DNA of 64,000 nucleotides, taken from NCBI GenBank assembly GCA_024685175.1, contig JAIKWD010000030.1, positions 10,198 through 74,197 on the forward strand, written 5' to 3'. How positions within the stretch are numbered: position 1 is the stretch's first letter; each line of letters starts with the position of its first letter. The position numbers were made by a program, and so were the translations under genes. Below are positions 63,095 to 64,000 of the stretch, in pieces. Source of the DNA: Bacteroidales bacterium (lineage in GTDB: Bacteria; Bacteroidota; Bacteroidia; Bacteroidales; WCHB1-69). The notes under the pieces are model-generated. The model was not told the origin of the DNA. It did not search any database and was given only the letters and a program-made list of their open reading frames with translations.

Positions 63095-64000
63095 ATGGTC
63101 AAAACGATAGTAGCGGCAATAGTGATTTTCCTTGTCATCATCTGGTTGTTGGTGGCGTTGTTGCTCTATGCGCGCAAGAAGATGGTGCCGGACGGCAAGG
63201 TCAAGATCACTATCAACGGGGAGCGGGAAGTGGAGCACGAGCGCGGTTGTTCGCTGTTGCAAGCCCTCTCCGACGAGCAAGTCTATGTGCCGTCGGCATG
63301 CGGCGGCGGGGGCTCCTGCGGCACCTGCAAAGGTAAGGTCCTCAAGGGTGGCGGCGACATCCTGCCCACCGAACTTGCCCACATCTCCCGCAAGATGGCA
63401 GATCAACACTACCGACTCTTCTGCCAAGTGAAAGTGCGCGAAGATATGGAAATCGAGATCCCCAAAGAGTTCTTCGGCATTAAGAAATGGAAATGCACCG
63501 TGAAATCCAACCACAATGTGGCCACCTTCATCAAGGAGTTGGTGCTGCAACTGCCCGAGGGCGAGACGATGGATTTCAAGTCCGGCGGCTATGTCCAACT
63601 CGACATCCCGCGAGGTACCGTCTCCTTCGCAGATATGGAGGTGGATAAGCCGTTCCGTTCAGATTGGGAGCGGATGAACATCTTCAACCTTATGATGAAG
63701 AACCCCGCCGACACAGTGCGCGCCTATTCTATGGCCAACTATCCTGCGGAGAACGACATCGTGATGCTCAACGTGCGTATCGCCACACCACCGTTCAATC
63801 GCAAAAAAAAGGCCTTCGAACGGGTCAATCCCGGCATCGCATCCTCCTACATCTACAGTCTAAAGCCTGGCGACGAAGTGATGGTTTCCGGCCCATACGG
63901 CGAGTTTTTCGTACAAGACACCGACAACGAAATGATGTTCATCGGAGGTGGCGCAGGTATGGCCCCGATGCGTTCCCACATCTTCGACCAGTTCAAGAGC
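63095..64000 (+). CDS. nqrF: Na+-NQR subunit F (3' end beyond window)
   Basis: Not in the track because it has no stop in the window. ATG 63095 stays open to 64000 (302 codons): MVKTIVAAIVIFLVIIWLLV..., 2Fe-2S motif PSACGGGGSCGTCKGKV, FAD-binding RAYSMANYP. Confidence 0.88.
   Translation, partial: MVKTIVAAIVIFLVIIWLLVALLLYARKKMVPDGKVKITINGEREVEHERGCSLLQALSDEQVYVPSACGGGGSCGTCKGKVLKGGGDILPTELAHISRKMADQHYRLFCQVKVREDMEIEIPKEFFGIKKWKCTVKSNHNVATFIKELVLQLPEGETMDFKSGGYVQLDIPRGTVSFADMEVDKPFRSDWERMNIFNLMMKNPADTVRAYSMANYPAENDIVMLNVRIATPPFNRKKKAFERVNPGIASSYIYSLKPGDEVMVSGPYGEFFVQDTDNEMMFIGGGAGMAPMRSHIFDQFKS

Noticed and set aside
1-64000. Search for CRISPR arrays, transposases, integrases, phage genes, toxin-antitoxin pairs or known defence genes
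   Set aside because: None seen. There are no spaced direct repeats of 25-40 nt, no recombinase-like ORFs and no tRNA-flanked island. The two tRNAs are flanked by core genes and ordinary terminators. The HerA-like ATPase (31478-33058) is the stand-alone DUF853/YjgR type, with no nuclease or Sir2 partner.

Overview
This 64-kb window is a densely coding stretch of a Bacteroidota (Bacteroidales-type) chromosome, and almost all of it is housekeeping backbone. Three things point to that phylum. The -7 promoter box TAnnTTTG sits at a sensible distance upstream of most operons and both tRNAs. Start codons generally lack Shine-Dalgarno sequences. Several gene families typical of the phylum are present (DUF5683, DUF3822, DUF4293, DUF4476, PorV/PorQ-like barrel, DUF5689-type lipoproteins).

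I call about 66 protein-coding genes. Two run off the window edges, and four (the 5' edge lipoprotein, nqrF, and two small ORFs) are absent from the supplied ORF track. There are also 2 tRNAs (Ala-GGC, Val-TAC), one candidate small RNA and several intrinsic terminators.

Recognisable blocks:
- a TonB-dependent-type barrel with two paralogous lipoproteins
- dut, yidC, and a PUR-like gene with parA-parB
- dapB, lepB, an S41 protease
- pyrD-pyrK-pyrF
- deoC, HU, RNase G, recX
- prfB, with its programmed +1 frameshift
- prs, thiL, ispG, sod, glmS
- a four-gene 2-oxoacid:ferredoxin oxidoreductase operon
- pth-rsmD
- a folK-deoxynucleoside kinase fusion
- a butyrate-type pathway (crt-hbd, and CoA-transferase B-bcd-etfBA)
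- the Na+-NQR operon nqrA-F

I found no CRISPR array, transposase, integrase, phage gene or recognisable defence system, so I cannot point to a clear new multi-gene system.

The observations most worth a second look:
1. An ECF sigma factor fused in one ORF to membrane spans and WG repeats. It sits next to a GIN-domain gene and a frame-disrupted DUF4476 gene, between the two halves of the butyrate pathway.
2. A family of drifting heptamer tandem arrays (seed GCRGNYA) that fills at least three intergenic spacers.
3. An orphan promoter-terminator unit that looks like a small RNA.
4. Two small ORFs below the track threshold, one resembling bS22 or AURKAIP1-type proteins.

All family names come from motif recognition by eye. 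No database search was run.
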